Shown piece by piece: positions 26,531-40,653 of a stretch of DNA of 64,000 bases. The DNA lies in the NCBI RefSeq assembly GCF_000143415.4, contig NW_003314423.1, positions 163,398 to 227,397 of the forward strand, given 5' to 3'. The notes below the pieces were generated by a model. It saw only the letters and a program-made list of their open reading frames with translations, was not told the origin of the DNA and did no database searches. Each line of letters opens with the position of its first letter. Position 1 is the stretch's first letter. A program made the translations under genes and the position numbers. This stretch comes from Selaginella moellendorffii (lineage: Eukaryota; Plantae; Lycopodiophyta).

Positions 26531-27950
26531 GAGTTTTCGTGACTTGGTAATTTTCTTTCAAGGTTGCTTTCTTGAGTATTAGGATTTTTTGTATGGTGTG
26601 TACTGTTCTTTGGGATGACTTGGTTGAGATCAACTTCAATGAGGGGCTTTAACTCTGGATATGCCTTTAAGATTTGTGCTTCTTCGTAGGAAGGAGGAAT
26701 ATTTTGTAGGAACTCTAGTCTTTTGCCATTTTGAGCACGATGAAAGTTACCTTAAATTCTTGATCCTTGATCTTGATAGAAATATTACACGTGATTCTTA
26801 ATGGTTGTACACTTCGATTATTGGCTATCTTGATATTGAAAGGTGCAAGATGGATTAGCCCAAGTCCCATTACTTTACAAGTTGAATACTCAATAATGTT
26901 GACACTTGCACCACTGTCAATGATTACTTGTGGAACTTTGTTCTTTCCTATCGTGATTGGGATTCATGGTACATCTTTGTCGAAGTCACCAGGTTGAATG
27001 TCAATCTTGTGGGATAAAGAGATGTTAGCCTTTTTCTTAACTTGAGTTGAATTTGTTGATGGCAATACTTGATATATCTTGAGAAGTTGTTTTCTCAAGT
27101 AAGGAGCGACTTGTAAAAGCTCTTGGAGGGTGAGTGTGATACTTTGTCGAAGAATGTTGGTGATGAACTCTGTTTATTCCTCTTTTTTTGATAGAATTTG
27201 TGTTGTGATTTCCTAAACAATTTTTTGCTTTGTTGCCATTTGTGTCTTGAGATTTCTTGTACTTCATCTTGGAGCTCTTGTTCTTCAATTTTTTTATTGA
27301 GGTCATTTTCAAGATTATAGTGTTCTTTTTGACTTTGAGTTAGAGCTCATATCTCAAATTCATTTTCACAGTGTTCATCTTGGACTGATTTGATATTGAT
27401 ATTTTTTGTTGTTGGAGGAGGTCTTTGATTTTGTTGATTTTGCTGAGAAGGTTGATTTTCTTGATTTTATTATTGCTGATACTGAGATTGAAATTCTTGA
27501 GTTTGAGGTTGTTGATAGTTATTGCAAGAGAATGCTTTGGGTGGTGGATCATATTGTTGATTTTATTGTTGATAGTTCGGTTGATGAGGAGGTGGTCTCC
27601 ATTGTCGATTGTTTTAGTATGGTTGCAGATAGTTGTTTTGTCAAGGAGGCTATTTTGGTTGTCTTGATAAGGCTATTGATAAGTCTGTTGGTATGGTTGT
27701 TGATACTGATTGTTTTGGTAGCCGTTGTTATATTGTCGATGGTATCTTGGGTTAGGATTATACATACCTTGATTCTAGTAGTTCGGTTGCCATTGTTGTT
27801 ATTCTTGTCAAGGTTGATTGTACTATCATCTAGTTGGAGTTGGAGTTCCATGTGTGTTCTCAATTGGAGTTACTTCAGCTATTCCTTGATATCGATAGAT
27901 TTTTGCTGTATGTCTTTCTCTTTTGCAGATCTGACACTTAAGAATTAATA
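26531..27950 (-). pseudogene. Gypsy element E gag-protease region
   Basis: Protease motif VIIDSGASVNII near 26890-26930 and a low-complexity N/Q-rich gag tail. Confidence 0.7.
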
Positions 27951-28269
27951 ACTTACTATTGCAAATATGACTTTGGGAATGTCAAGATTGGTATTGTTGG
28001 ACCCTTTATCAGTCCCTCTTGTTCAAGTGTTAGTAAACTGGACTTTGCATTTGTACTTGGCCAGATGAGTATAAGGACAGAATTCCTAAGTGTCTATTTA
28101 GCCAAGTATATTTGGCCCGGCTTTTTAGTTCTCTTTTGCTTTGTTTTGGAGTCTTTATTTTTCCCATGATCCCAACTATAGTTGCTTACCACAACTACAT
28201 CAGCCAATTTGCTGAGTCAAACGTTCATCTGGATCACATCCTCAACTCTTTGAGAAAAACCTTATACTG

Positions 28270-29160
28270 TTCCCAAGATCCCAAAGTCGTTCCATTATTG
28301 TGGCTTGACAAGAACCCTCGAATATTGAGACTAGTCCCTCAATATCACTAGATGATAGCTTATCATGTTTGCCAAACACCCTCGCTATCATGCTTTTTGT
28401 GTTAGTTTCATTTCGATCTTAAATGCTATTTATGGAAAGTGTCTAGATTTACTTATTTGGCACATCTATGGAATGTAGAAATTGTCCTGAACATAATGGT
28501 GTTCATCCCGTGTTCAAATTCGCAATCTAGGGATATTTAGTAAGCTTCGCTATGGGGGGTTCCAAATGTATAATAGGGATAGTGGGTAAATCGAGCATGG
28601 CCGATTAACCTGAGGTATAGCCTAGCTTCCACTTGCATGTCTGTCTTTGTTCTGCATCCAGTTTGGGTCTAAACCCAAGTTCCATTTCATGCTAGTTGAT
28701 GGAGTACCCATATCCTTGCGTTAGGCCACCGGTATGCCGAAATATTACCAGACTCTGTTTGGCTCCGTTTTGCATGCTGGTCTTGGCATTGGGATGCTGG
28801 TTGTTCTAGAACTAATCCAAGTTGCTCCGTGCTCTTATCCCTTCGTTCCTTGGGCTGTATGCTCGAGAGTCATTCTGTGCTCGAGAGTCATTCTATGCTC
28901 CAGTGCCATTGCTCCTTAGCTCTATGCTTGGGAGTTTGGCACCATTCCTTTATTTAATGGCCCAAGTGTAGTGCACCTTATCTCTCTCCCCTTAAGCCAA
29001 TTGGAAAAGGGGCAGTTGCTTGATAAGAGAGCCCTTAGTGGCTATTTTATCCCCATTTATCCCCTAAGGTTCAAAGATTTACGGTGATAATATATCCAAA
29101 TCTCATCCCATGATCACATGTGCTACACCAAGGCCCTAAAACTCATGTTGCACACCACTA
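28270..29160 (+). mobile_element. LTR-like sequence related to the 5' LTR at 55904-56821
   Basis: About 28313-28530 matches about 56168-56385, and 28660-28780 matches 56600-56730. Boundaries are approximate. Confidence 0.65.
28967..29127 (-). mobile_element. Solo LTR of the TRIM family
   Basis: Perfect TSD CCAAG. Confidence 0.9.
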
Positions 29161-29955
29161 TCCTTTAAACACGTGGCATATGACACATGGCACATGGAGG
29201 GTTTAGGTTCCGCTTCATGGTTATCCTATGGTAAATCACCATAGGATAAAGGGTAAAATCCACATACACTACACTTACATTCTATAGTGGTATGTTCTTT
29301 GTTCTTGCATTTCGTACACCATACTTCCTCTTTAAGTTCGTTTATGATTGTAAATTTCTTAAGTATTTTGGTGAGTTCTTGATTCTTGTCTTTTTTATTG
29401 ATTTCGAGTTTGTATTCTTCTTCGTCATCAGAAGCGTGGACCATACTTAAGCTCATGACTTGAGCTCAATTTTCAATTGTAATTTAGTACAAACATTATA
29501 AACTTTAAAATATTAAGGTTATGGTGAACCTAATAATTTTATAACTCTCTATATATTATATAGAAAAAAATGTTCTAAAAGACACTTCTTGTTCTAATAA
29601 TTTAAATATTTACTACGTGCCATGATCGGGACATTTGGTAGAATATAAAATAAAATGTTTGTAAAAAGAGTATTTTTGTCACTTCCTTAAATCTGTACTT
29701 TGTGCTTTCTAGCTAGTAAATGTTAGGTTTGTCAAAATTTAAAAACTATTAAATTTGAATTAAGAGTCTATATAAGGCCATATAACCATTTGAAAGGAAA
29801 AAAAAAAACCATTGATATAAGTTTGTTGTATATATAAAAGAGACTTGGCTTTTTTCTATAATACATTTTTGAGGGATTTGTTATAGCATACTATCTAGAA
29901 TTTATGGATCTTCACTTGCACTCTCATTTGAAGAAAGAGAAATACACATAAATCT

Positions 29956-30402
29956 TTGTGGGTTTTAGTAATGGTAATTTTAAGTCTTGCAATCTTTTTT
30001 CCCAGGGTTCAAGGGCTAAGAGATGTAATAGTTATCCTATTGCACAACATAACCAAACCACACAAGAGAAAAAGAGAGGATAATGAATATAGTCATAATG
30101 AGTTGGAGATAAATGCAATGACAGAAGGCATTACAAATTGGGTGAAAAAAAATGCTTTCTTACTTGTTTTAGAAAATTGCAATTTTGTGACTTTCAAGAA
30201 ATGCCCTATATATTTTCTGGCTTTTAGTGGAAATAATAGCAATGATCAGTATGATGGTATATATACTCTCGTATCACATTGCAACATCACGCACCCGAAA
30301 GACTACCATGAAATATTTTTTGAGATGGTAAAGACAGAAATGAAGACACACAAATATTATAGACAATATTGCGAAAAGAACACTCACAAGTATATAAAAT
30401 GA
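29956..30402 (+). CDS. A2 homologue of the 8848-9300 zinc-finger-like ORF
   Basis: ELEINAMT..NWVKKNA...HCNITHPKDYHEIFFEMVKT is near-identical. Confidence 0.6.
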   Translation: MWVLVMVILSLAIFFPRVQGLRDVIVILLHNITKPHKRKREDNEYSHNELEINAMTEGITNWVKKNAFLLVLENCNFVTFKKCPIYFLAFSGNNSNDQYDGIYTLVSHCNITHPKDYHEIFFEMVKTEMKTHKYYRQYCEKNTHKYIK

Positions 30403-30545
30403 AAAGTGAAATGATAAAATATTTTTATTAATTATATAAAGTATAATAAGTTTATATTATTGATAGAGAATAAACATTGATAGTGTTGGAAAATCTAATT
30501 AGCTCCAAAAGTTTTCTGCAACTCAGGAATAATAAGGCTTGCTTG

Positions 30546-33500
30546 GTGTATATGAATATCTACTTTAGGATCCTAGTGTAAGATGTTGATAAAGATGTAA
30601 TACATATGCATTTTTATATTCCTTACGCTTCGTAAAGTCTGGACATGTGCAAAAAGGAAAGTCTTGAATGGCAATTGTGTACTCTCCACCTTCTATTTTG
30701 AGTATGCACTCCTTTGCAAATGCAATGATGTACTTCATGAAGAGAATCTCACACTCAAGTGTTTGAGCCAAGTTTATTTTACCTTGCTTCTGCTTGGAAA
30801 TGGTACTAATAAATTTAACTGCTTTACTTTTTTTTTGTAGCCTCTTGTGCATCTCTATGGGAACAATCTTGGTTCTATCACTCATATCTCGAACTCTCCT
30901 TTCAAGATTAAAACCAGATTTCTCAAGGTTTTCAATTTCATCCGAGATGAGCGCAACCCCATTAGCAACTGGCCATTCTTTAGGTACTACATTAGGTTTA
31001 GTCACTATAGTTTCTTCAAGACGCTTTGTATGATTAGTATTAGTGTTGCAGCAATATAGCCAATACCATCTTGAAAATCCTACTTGCTTTCATTCCCCAT
31101 AAAAACATGGTAAAAACATGGGGTTGGAATAGAAGTAGACTTATCACCACGGATCCAAGCCCAACATTTGCCCCTCAGAAGCATCCTTACACACCTTACA
31201 TTTGATTTTGCTAGCACTCAACAGATTGCCCATTGCTTCGGCTCCACACTATGATAAGCAATTTCAACTTGTTGTGATGCACTTTCCTCATCAGCCACTT
31301 AAGGTGGCTTGGTTTGGGGGCGATATCTTGGAAAAAAATGGTACTCAACATTAGGTTTATGAAAGCTTTTTGCTCTAAGATCTGTGCCAACTTTTTCACC
31401 AGCAAAGGAAAAAAGACACTTTGAGTGATCTTCATATCACCAATAGAAGCCCGGGGAGTGTACTTCATAGATGTGCCATAGACTACTTCCTCCACTGTAG
31501 TTAGCACTGTTCATACTGATGAAGTCACTTTCTTCTTCATTTGATCGTGTAACATCTTAACTGAAGGTCCTATTCCCATATATCTTCCTTCCTCAAATGC
31601 TAAGGGTTTTTAAGATTGCTCTATAGCGTGTATCAAATTCGATAGATGTGCTTCATATAGACTCATCTTCCTTTTCCCTACCTCAAAGGAATATTAACTC
31701 CAATGCTTACTCTCTAAGAGATTCACAGTTGGGGTGTATGCAAGATCCTCAAGTGGTTGATCCTAAGAAAAGGATGATATTAAAAAGTAATAAAAAGAGA
31801 AAAGAAAAAGAAAAACTAACTTGAAAAGAGTGATGTCCCCATTAGAACATCTTAACTTCCCACCACTCTAACCATGACTCAAGTTGTGGTAGACAACTTA
31901 CGTTTGTATAGCCATCTTCACGCCACCATATTTAAATCTCATTTGCTTTTACCTCATGCTCTTTTTCAGAAGGTGTAACTGTAAGCCACAAATTTTTCCT
32001 TTCTAATTTGCCAACTTACCTCGATTATCCATCCAACACTGACTTGGCTTTTGCTAAGTTCCCTTGCCAAGGTTCTCGCCTATGGTACCAGCTCCTACTT
32101 GGTTTCAGCTACTCACTGCACGAGCAACGGAGTGTTAGCCATCCATCCAGGGATTCCCAAATCACTCCCAATCCCCCTCCCCGGGTTAGACTGGACTTAA
32201 GGTTCGGCTACACTCCCCGCAAGCACAAGCAGCCAAGCACACCAAGCTTCCAAGTTCCTAACATCCCTTGGTACCACAAGACTTGATCATGGGACCCTCT
32301 AAATCCCAAGTCTTGAGTGCAACACTTGCTTCGGGATGCCGGGGCGAAACACCGTGGCCTAGCGGCCCGGTATGGGTACCTCTACCCCCCCACTTCCATC
32401 CCGAAGGAAGGCCCAAGCCCCTAGGAAGGGCAAGGACCAATGAGCCGCATGGTACTCAAGTGGGGCACCACTCCACATGAGCCGGGAGCACTGCAATCGG
32501 TTTCCCTTTCGGGAGTGGGAGCTGCTCTTGAGCACTTCCTTGGATGGCCCCTCGGCACCAGCCAAGTCCATGCTCACTCCCACCNNNNNNNNNNNNNNNN
32601 NNNNNNNNNNNNNNNNNNNNNNNNNNNNNNNNNNNNNNNNNNNNNNNNNNNNNNNNNNNNNNNNNNNNNNNNNNNNNNNNNNNNCCATTTCGGATCTCGG
32701 ACTCCGTCTCGAACTCAGTCTCGAACTCGGACTCGAACTCGGTCCCCGAGTCGGTCTCGGACTCGATTCCGGACTCTATCTCGAACTCGGTCCTAGAGTC
32801 GGTCTTGGACTCGATCTTTGACTTGGTCCCATCCGATGAATTCTTTGTCATTTTTGTCATGCTTTCGGGGTTCCTTTAGCCTACGACACCTCGGCGAGTT
32901 GGTTCCTTATAGTAGCTTGCCATTGTTTGCACAACTTCTTAAATGTTAATTGGAAATCTGGCTTGATAAGGTGGTAGTGTTGGTTTAAGCTCTAAGCCCA
33001 ATGGAACTCACAAGTCCTCTCATGACCTTCTAGAGGTTGACCATTCCCAAAGACTACCAAGACACCATTCCAATTAGCCCCAACCCCATCTGCCATGAAA
33101 TTGCAAAAGTTGGTAGGCTTACCAGTCCGCTTTAGTACAATGTTGGAGAGGAACTTTCAAAATATTTCCTAAGCCATCTGGTCTTGTACTTTAAACTTTG
33201 CTATTGCAATTGTCAAGTTACAACATAGCCTGTGAAAAGGGCAATGTTTAAAACCATTTTAAGATAGTGAGAAAAAATAACTACCTCGAATTATACACAT
33301 GAGTTCCCATGGTTTTCCAACCCGCTACCCGCTCCATATGGTCAAAATATACCTATGCATTAGGAAGGTCACTCAACCCAAACATATCCATTTGGGAAAC
33401 AAGATCCATATTAGAGGCAGGGCCTATAATAGACATTTTAAAGACAAAGGGGCGCTCTTGCTCACTAATGACTTGATCTAGAAATAAACTCCCATGGATA

Positions 33501-33657
33501 AACTCGTAGGGACAAGTCTATTTTAGTTCAAGGATAGAGTCGATTTTTTATTGGAATTTCCCCTCTCAAGATTCACACATCCAAGATTTTATCCTAATAA
33601 AAACAAAATGTAAGAGAGATATTATTGAAAAGTATGTAATAATATTTTCATACCTCC
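30546..33657 (-). pseudogene. A2 MULE transposase, 3' half (SWIM)
   Basis: Homologous to 9440-11455. Interrupted by the solo LTR at 31980-32911 and cut at the B insertion site. Confidence 0.8.
31980..32911. mobile_element. Solo LTR with CTCGGA minisatellite
   Basis: TGTAAG...CTTATA. TSD GTAAC/GTAGC. The flanks rejoin to match A1 at about 10875-10900. Confidence 0.8.
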
Positions 33658-33661
33658 TGAG

Positions 33662-35945
33662 AAGCTCTATTTCGTTAAAGTGGGAATTGTCATTATCCTA
33701 CTTGTAAAATAAGGTTTCCAAACCTTTATATAGTATATAAATATAACAAAATTCAACTGCATTGAGGCACATGCCATTTTATTTTAAATAAGGAAATGTC
33801 TACTCAATCACTTCTCCTCCCCCTGCCACTGCTTCACCTCTCTCTTCTCCTTGTCATCGTCGTCCAATTTCTTTCCATCCTTTTAATATTGGCTCAGTTG
33901 TTCCGAGTCTAGGTGGAGCCCAAGTCCCCATTCAATCTTTACTTTCCCCTTATTAATAAAACAACTTCGTAGACTTCCAATAACATGCTGTAACACTTCT
34001 AGTATAATGTAAATCCTCTCAAAGAATTGTCTTTTAATATTAATACAATGGCATGGAACCCCATGCCATAATAAGCTACATTTTTAAATAAATACATGCC
34101 ATCTCAGACTGTTATTTTTTGCCTCCAACGCCTATACAATAATCTTGGAATTTCATCACTCTCCACACTATCAGGATTTAAACCCAATAGTAATGCCATC
34201 TCTTCTCTAATACGTCCACGCTCATGTTCAGTGGTCGAAGAACCCATCCGGTTGAGCAGATTATGGAGATGCGGATAGTGCTTGGCTAGACAATATACAT
34301 GCCATAAATGATGACTGGTGTCTGTCCGATCAAATGGCTTCTGATATACCGTTCCATCTGCCATTTGGTTGATTTCTGCAGCCACCTCCTGGACTGGCCA
34401 GTTCTCTATCACCATTGCTTCAAGCCGTTTTGCAAGGTCCCCCAGAACATACGGTTTCTTCTCCCTAGTTTCCATACTGCAAGAGATGGGGTGCACTGCA
34501 TATGTGTGCGTGTTCGCTGCAGTTTTAATCGGCGAGTCATCGATGATGAGGATTTCACTTGATCTAGCAGTCCAGTTCATCACTACAGCCTCTGGCTTGA
34601 CGAAGATGGGCTTGCTACCCCTCATATGGACCATAGTCAAGCAATCCTTCTACGTTAGGAGAAAGTCAAATGGTAATATTACTCGTGTCTGATCGTGCAT
34701 CATCTGTAGCAACATTAATGCATTGTGGCACATCATGGATGTCCAAACTCCCAATTGCAAATTGAACCCGGCCCTCTGTTTTAAGTGTCGCATGGTCATT
34801 ATTAGATCCCACAGTTTCTCCCGTGTGATTAATGTGAATTTGTCTCTTTTGACCAACTTGCGACCGCAGGCTTTGGAGGGTGTAGTGACATTCGAGGACG
34901 AGCCACGCTCATGGGAGAAAAGGACACCGTTTAGATAAAAAACGATACAGTACTTTCGCCGTGACTCTGAAATGAAATGCGTCAGCATAAAAAATGGTAC
35001 AAGTCAATTTTACCATCTACAATATTAGCGAATGGTGCTCCCGATGGTTGTTCAGAGGGTTTTGGTCGAGGAAACGTGAAGGGCGGAAATACTCTCCTCT
35101 GCAATGTGGGGTCAATCGCATCCGATGGCGTGTGGGCACATGCCATTTCAGCTGTAGACTCTGGTACAACTGGCTCAACAGTGGCATGGGGTGGTTCCGA
35201 TGGCGTGTGATCACACGCCATTTCAGCTGGTGCCTCCGTTGGCAAAGTGGACATGACCGAACAGGCAGCAGGGGCGGTGTAGGGAGGTTCCAACGGCGCG
35301 TAGTCAGACGATTGGGCACACGTTGAGTCCGTTGGAAATGAGGATACGACCGGCTCGGCGGCTGGGGCGGCCTCATGCGGGTCCAATGGCGCCTGGTCAC
35401 CGTCAGTTGGATACGTGGACAAGATTGACTCAGTGGTATGGGCAGCATCAAGTGGAGCGTGGTCAGCTTGCTTGGCGTTGATATGGATAGTAGCCTCCAT
35501 CAGCTCTGATGACTCTTGCAGGCAAGTAGAGTCCACTGGCGGATCCATATGCATGTCCAAATATCTCCCTTCGATTGAGATGGTATCCTCCCTACTGGCT
35601 ACTAAAAACAAACTCATTAGCACATTGAATCGACTATACTGTATTTACCATCAACTGCTATTGGGCGCACTGCTGATTCTGAAGGATTGGACATATGTTT
35701 CGACCCTTGCTTGGCACTATCCTTCCTCGACACTAAAGGCTAGAGTTTGTATCTTAATTCAACTAAATAATCTCTACTTACCATTTCTTCTGCGACCTAC
35801 ATGGACAATGTTAGAAATGGTAAAAGGTTAGGAATGGATGTACTATTATTTACCTGATGGTTTGTCTTGTATGACCTTCCTCCGCTGCTCTTTGGCCACC
35901 TCAGGCTGGCCATCGTCGTCATCATCGTCATCGTCGTTATTGTGA
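33662..35945. mobile_element. Element B (Sola-like), left part
   Basis: TIR AAGCTCTATTTCGTTAAAGTGGGA at 33662-33685, preceded by TSD TGAG at 33658-33661. Confidence 0.85.
34104..35938 (-). pseudogene. 3' part of the B cargo gene: acidic tract, repeat-rich linker, FCP1/NIF-like HAD phosphatase domain
   Basis: CIVFYLNGVL (compare LVLDLNGxL), GVWTS, KPIFVK, ILIIDDSPIKTAAN..AVHP. In-frame continuation of the 51097-51594 exon across the inversion junction. Two frameshifts. Confidence 0.7.
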
Positions 35946-38567
35946 CCTTCAAGTAAATGTAGATAATACTTACTTTCATGACAAGTAGTCTCTGTTATGA
36001 TATCAAACCACTCATTTGGGTGTCAAAGGTTAGCCACACTGAGTAATTTCTTTACCTTTGTCTTCTTTATGATGTTAATTTTCTTGTCAATTGCAACTAA
36101 ATCTCCAAGAGTTCTTGATCATTTTCAGCTCAATGCGACTGTGCATATGCATCTTGCCTAAACTTCACCAATGGCTGAAGACAACACAAACATTCTATGA
36201 CAAGAAGTATACTTGGAAGAACATACCTTACTCCACACAACTATTTTTGTACCATCTATTAGCATCATGACGACATCATTGATGCTGAATAAGTGATGCT
36301 AAATCATCACCATAGTGGATTGGCAAGAAACCATATCTGCTCAATATCATATATTAGGCTTTGCTTTTGCACTACAAATTGTCCCAGCCTACAAAACATA
36401 AATTGTTAAAAGTGATTGAAGAGGGAGAGGTACTTACGCATTAATTTTGTGGCAAGCTATCACAAGCCTTGCCATATCTAGAGATCCTCTTGCATGTACA
36501 TGTCCTACTGGAACATTAATGTGATAGACAAGATCGTCTCGGAAGCATTCATTGATGCACTTCATCCATGCACACTAGTGATGATTCCCGTCGATAATGT
36601 AAAACATTTTCCCCACAAATTGTTGAGTCCCAGAATGGCTTATAAGCATGTTGTCAAATTTGTGGGACTTCATTTTCCAAATGTCATCCCAAACCCTCTC
36701 AATTTCTAGTGACACCAAGAGGGTATTTGATGTTCCTGGCTTGAAGACCAAAACAAAGAATATACTTATGTTTGTCCCAAGGCCATTCTGTTTGTACAGA
36801 TTATAGATGTTCATGTTGACGAAGTGAGGTGAAGTAGACTGAACAATGCTTGTCTAAGTGAATTGACATAGTGGGATCATGTCTCCTTGGCCTTCCCACT
36901 TGAGAGATTCTAGAGTCATATGAATGGCCTTCTCTTTGGTTCTCAAAACTATCTTTTGGAAGCACTTGTCTATGACGTGTTTAGGTAGCTCCACTTCTCT
37001 TTTAGCTTCAACTAAATCTCCAGTAGCACTATTATCAAATCTAGCCCCCAACTCAGGCCCAACACCCCCATCAAGTGCACTTGGGCGCTACTCCATAATG
37101 TAGTTAGTTTTTACCATATTTTGTAAATATGTTAAGAGTAGTGGCATTTGTGGTTGTGGCAGCAATGGCAATGATAACAATGGTTGCAATGGTGCTGCTG
37201 ATGGTGATGGTGGTGGTGGTGGTGGTGGTGCTAATGGCAATGATAGCAGTGGTGGTAATGGTGGTGATAAAGGTAGTGGTGGCAATGGCGGTGAAGGTGG
37301 TGGCAGCGGTAATGGTGGTGGAAAAAATGGGGGTGGATGTGGACTAAAGATATTTGGTTGCAGAGATGGCAATGTAGATGGCAGAGTTGTCGTTATGGAA
37401 ATCTTTATTTGAAGGTCAAATTGATTGTCATCCTAGATCTTATCTTCCTCATGTTTTGTTCTTTTTGATCCAACATCTTTATCCTTTTGTAGTTGTTTTC
37501 ATTTCTGAAAACAAGAAAAACTCATTATAAAATAAAAATGCATAAGAAGTGATTGCATGGTGGTCATCCATTGGTACGCTAGCGTACCAGCTGCAGGAGG
37601 CAATGCCCAAGCCCACTTGATACCCGGGCTAACTTAGCCCACAGCCTAACTGAGTGCCCGGCTGAGTGCCCAGCCAAGTGCTCAGGCTGGGCCACACATT
37701 CTATCTCGGCCTGCACATGGCTGTAGCTTGGCTGACTGCCCAGGCTGGTACACTTGTGAACTAGCCTACCCTACACTGCCCTAGCCGGCCCACATAGAGT
37801 GCCCAGCCGACAACCTGGCCCATGCAGAGTGCCTGACCGAATGCCCGACCCAAGCACTCGACGCAGGCCAAGCCACGCAGGCCAGTTCGCCGGCGTACCG
37901 GCCTGCCCCACACTACCATGGCCAGCCCGCACTGAGTGCCCAACCAAGTGCTCAGCCTGGGCACTTGGCGCGGGCCAGGCCATGTGGGCTGGTTTGCCAG
38001 CATACCAGCCTGCCCCGCACTGCCATGGCTGGCCCATGCTGAGTGCCCGGCCGAGTGCCAAGCCCGAGCACTCAGCATGGGCCAGGCTGTGCAGGCCGGT
38101 TTGCCCGCATACTGGCCCGCCCTACACTACCCAACACTTCACATTGCTGGCCTAGGAGGTGCACATTGCTGTGTGGTGCACCACGTGACGACACACAACA
38201 TGCTGTAGAGTGACATGTGGACCACACGTTGCTGTGCCACATGCCGCACGTCGTTGTGCAGTGTGCCACGCGTCGTCGTGCCCAGCTGAGTACTTATCAG
38301 CCCAGCCCACTATAGTGTGCTGTGGCACGGCAGTGCTAGGTGCTGGGTGCTGGGTGCAGCGGCGTTGGGTGCTGGGCACGGTGGCACTGGGTGTTGGGCG
38401 TGGCAGCACTGGGGCGACACTGGGTGCAGCAGAGTGGCAGCACTGGGCACTACATTGTGGTGATGCTGTGGCACGGCGGCATGGCAGTTTTGTGTGTTGT
38501 GGTGCTTGGTGTTGAGGTGGAGTAACGAGGGAGTAGAGGAGAAAATAAAAATTACTCTTGGCAACAT
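35946..38567 (-). pseudogene. A2 cargo gene, 5' half (micro-exon MLPR, Pro-rich, ParB-like), inverted
   Basis: ATGTTGCCAAGA|GTAATT at 38567. MFYIIDGNHH near 36580-36605. Homologous to 13898-15845. Confidence 0.75.
37600..38520. repeat. GC-rich degenerate repeat array (TGCCCAGC / GCTGGGC / GGCAC motifs) in intron 1 of the A2 cargo gene
   Basis: Visible repeated short motifs in both orientations. Confidence 0.75.
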
Positions 38568-39563
38568 TCTGTACGATGTCAATGGATCCCATAGTCACTC
38601 TCAATCTCCCACTCTACTTTCTGTAAAACCCTAATGCCGGCAGCTGCCCTAACCCTAATCTAACTTTCATCACAGCCATTCATTGTGGATGTAGTAAATC
38701 TCAATTTCTTTCTGCGAATATTTGCTAGCAATGTACAATTTTTATTTTGTCCTAGATTTGATCATGTGACAAAGTCCTTTTGAGTTATAATTTAATAATA
38801 GAGGTGTGCTCTAATATGACTATGCAATAATGTCAAAATAATGTCACAGCCACATGTGTTGAATTGATCATAGTACAAAACTATAAATGAGAATTATGTG
38901 TTTCTTGCACATCATAGAATTTTGTCAAAAAATATAAGATTATTAAAATTGTAAGGTGTTATTTCCAGAGTAATGTGATAATGTGTTAATTTACTATAAG
39001 TGATAGATGGTAGTACAAAGATGGAATATATTTAAATGAGTTCAGAAGAATGTGATGATTTATGGCTTTAATGAAGTATTGAGAATATGTACAATATTTA
39101 ATTTTTTTGGCAACAATTGGTTGATAGTAGATCCTAGAATAAAATCATTCCTATCTTTCATATTATGGCACATGCATGAGGTGATATTTCTTTCCGTTCT
39201 ACCAAAAATTACTTTATATAATAACTTTGAGCATGTTTTTGAATTCAATGTATACAGACTTTTAATATTGTACAACCTAGTCCTTTATAATTCATATAGA
39301 ATTTATCATAACAACATTATTCAATATTAGATCCTAGAATAAAATCACTCTTACTTTTCACATAATGGCATAACACATGTTTGAGGTGACATTTCTTTTC
39401 ATTCTAACTCTAACTTTAAGCATAACTTTGAGCATATTTTTGAATCTAGTAAAAAGATTGGAAGACAATGTGAACTTTTAATATTGTATAACAACATAGT
39501 TTTTTATACTTTTGATAGACTTTATCATAAAAGTTCAGACTTCCAAAACCTAAAGGCAACAAA

Positions 39564-40653
39564 ATGGAGAGCTTTCTTTTGCATTACCAAGATCACCCAC
39601 TTCTTTCTTTCTCCAAAAGTCTTATTTCAAAAGTTTTCTTTGCCGACATTTCAATCTTTCTCTCAGTTCTATTTCATTGGAGGTTGTGATTCGCAACAAC
39701 ATTGGTGTAGTTGAACGATCAGAGTTTCTTCTTTTAGGTGTGGGTGAAGGTGGACAACATTGGGATTTGTAACATTCCAAATCCAAGGAGATTCGAGTTT
39801 TTGGATCCAATCAAAATGCGAGGCTGCGATCTTGCCAAAGTGAATGTGAAGCAAGAGTCGGTCGTCATCATTTCTTCCTCTTTTAGTTCTAGTGGAGATG
39901 CTAGTCCAGTGTGAGCCAAAAATTTGCAAACTCCAACTTCACCAATATTCAAAGCTATTTGCAACACTTTTTATTTTTCCCACCTTTCTATCAACGTGTG
40001 TTTGTTTCTGCATAGGCCCGTTAGCGAGCTCCCATCTACATATAATGGCAATATCTTCTTTGAACTACCACCTCTTGTCAGCTCAAAATGAAAGAAGATG
40101 GAGACCAAGCAAGACGTCCACAACTGGTGCAAAATCAAGACCACACATTTCCAGCATTTTGAAGGCATAGTGTCCATGGTTCATTGTGGTGGGTATTTGG
40201 ATTGTGTGAATAAAGCATGCAATCAAGAGTGTGGTAAAAACTCCATTTTTTTTAAGGATCTACAATCAATCCTCTTATCTGTGACACCATTGGTGTTGGA
40301 TTCAAGTGCCGGTTTTGCAAGAATGCTCCATTGTGTTGTGCCATCTATGGGGCCAAGATGTACTACTTTCTTTCACGGAATGGAGATGCTGGTAGAGTTA
40401 CAGTACATATTGACACACACACACACACATCGAATGCAGGAAGGGATACAAAGGAGTTCAGTCAACTGTTTCAAAGATGCAGTGCAAATAAAGACTGTGA
40501 GAAACTCATCTGCAACTTCGAAGCATGTTCAAAAGATAGTGCTCAAGGATTTTATCGCAAGCACTTTACTCGATTAGGACTGCAAGAATACTCAATTGGA
40601 TGAAACTAGCTTGCAGCAGTTACTACAACGCATGCAACTTGTAACTAGCCTCA
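39564..40653 (+). pseudogene. A2 MULE transposase, 5' half (inverted)
   Basis: METKQDVHNWCKIKTTHF..VHCGGYLDC matches A1 at about 12050-12735. Rejoins 33657 after removing B. Confidence 0.8.
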
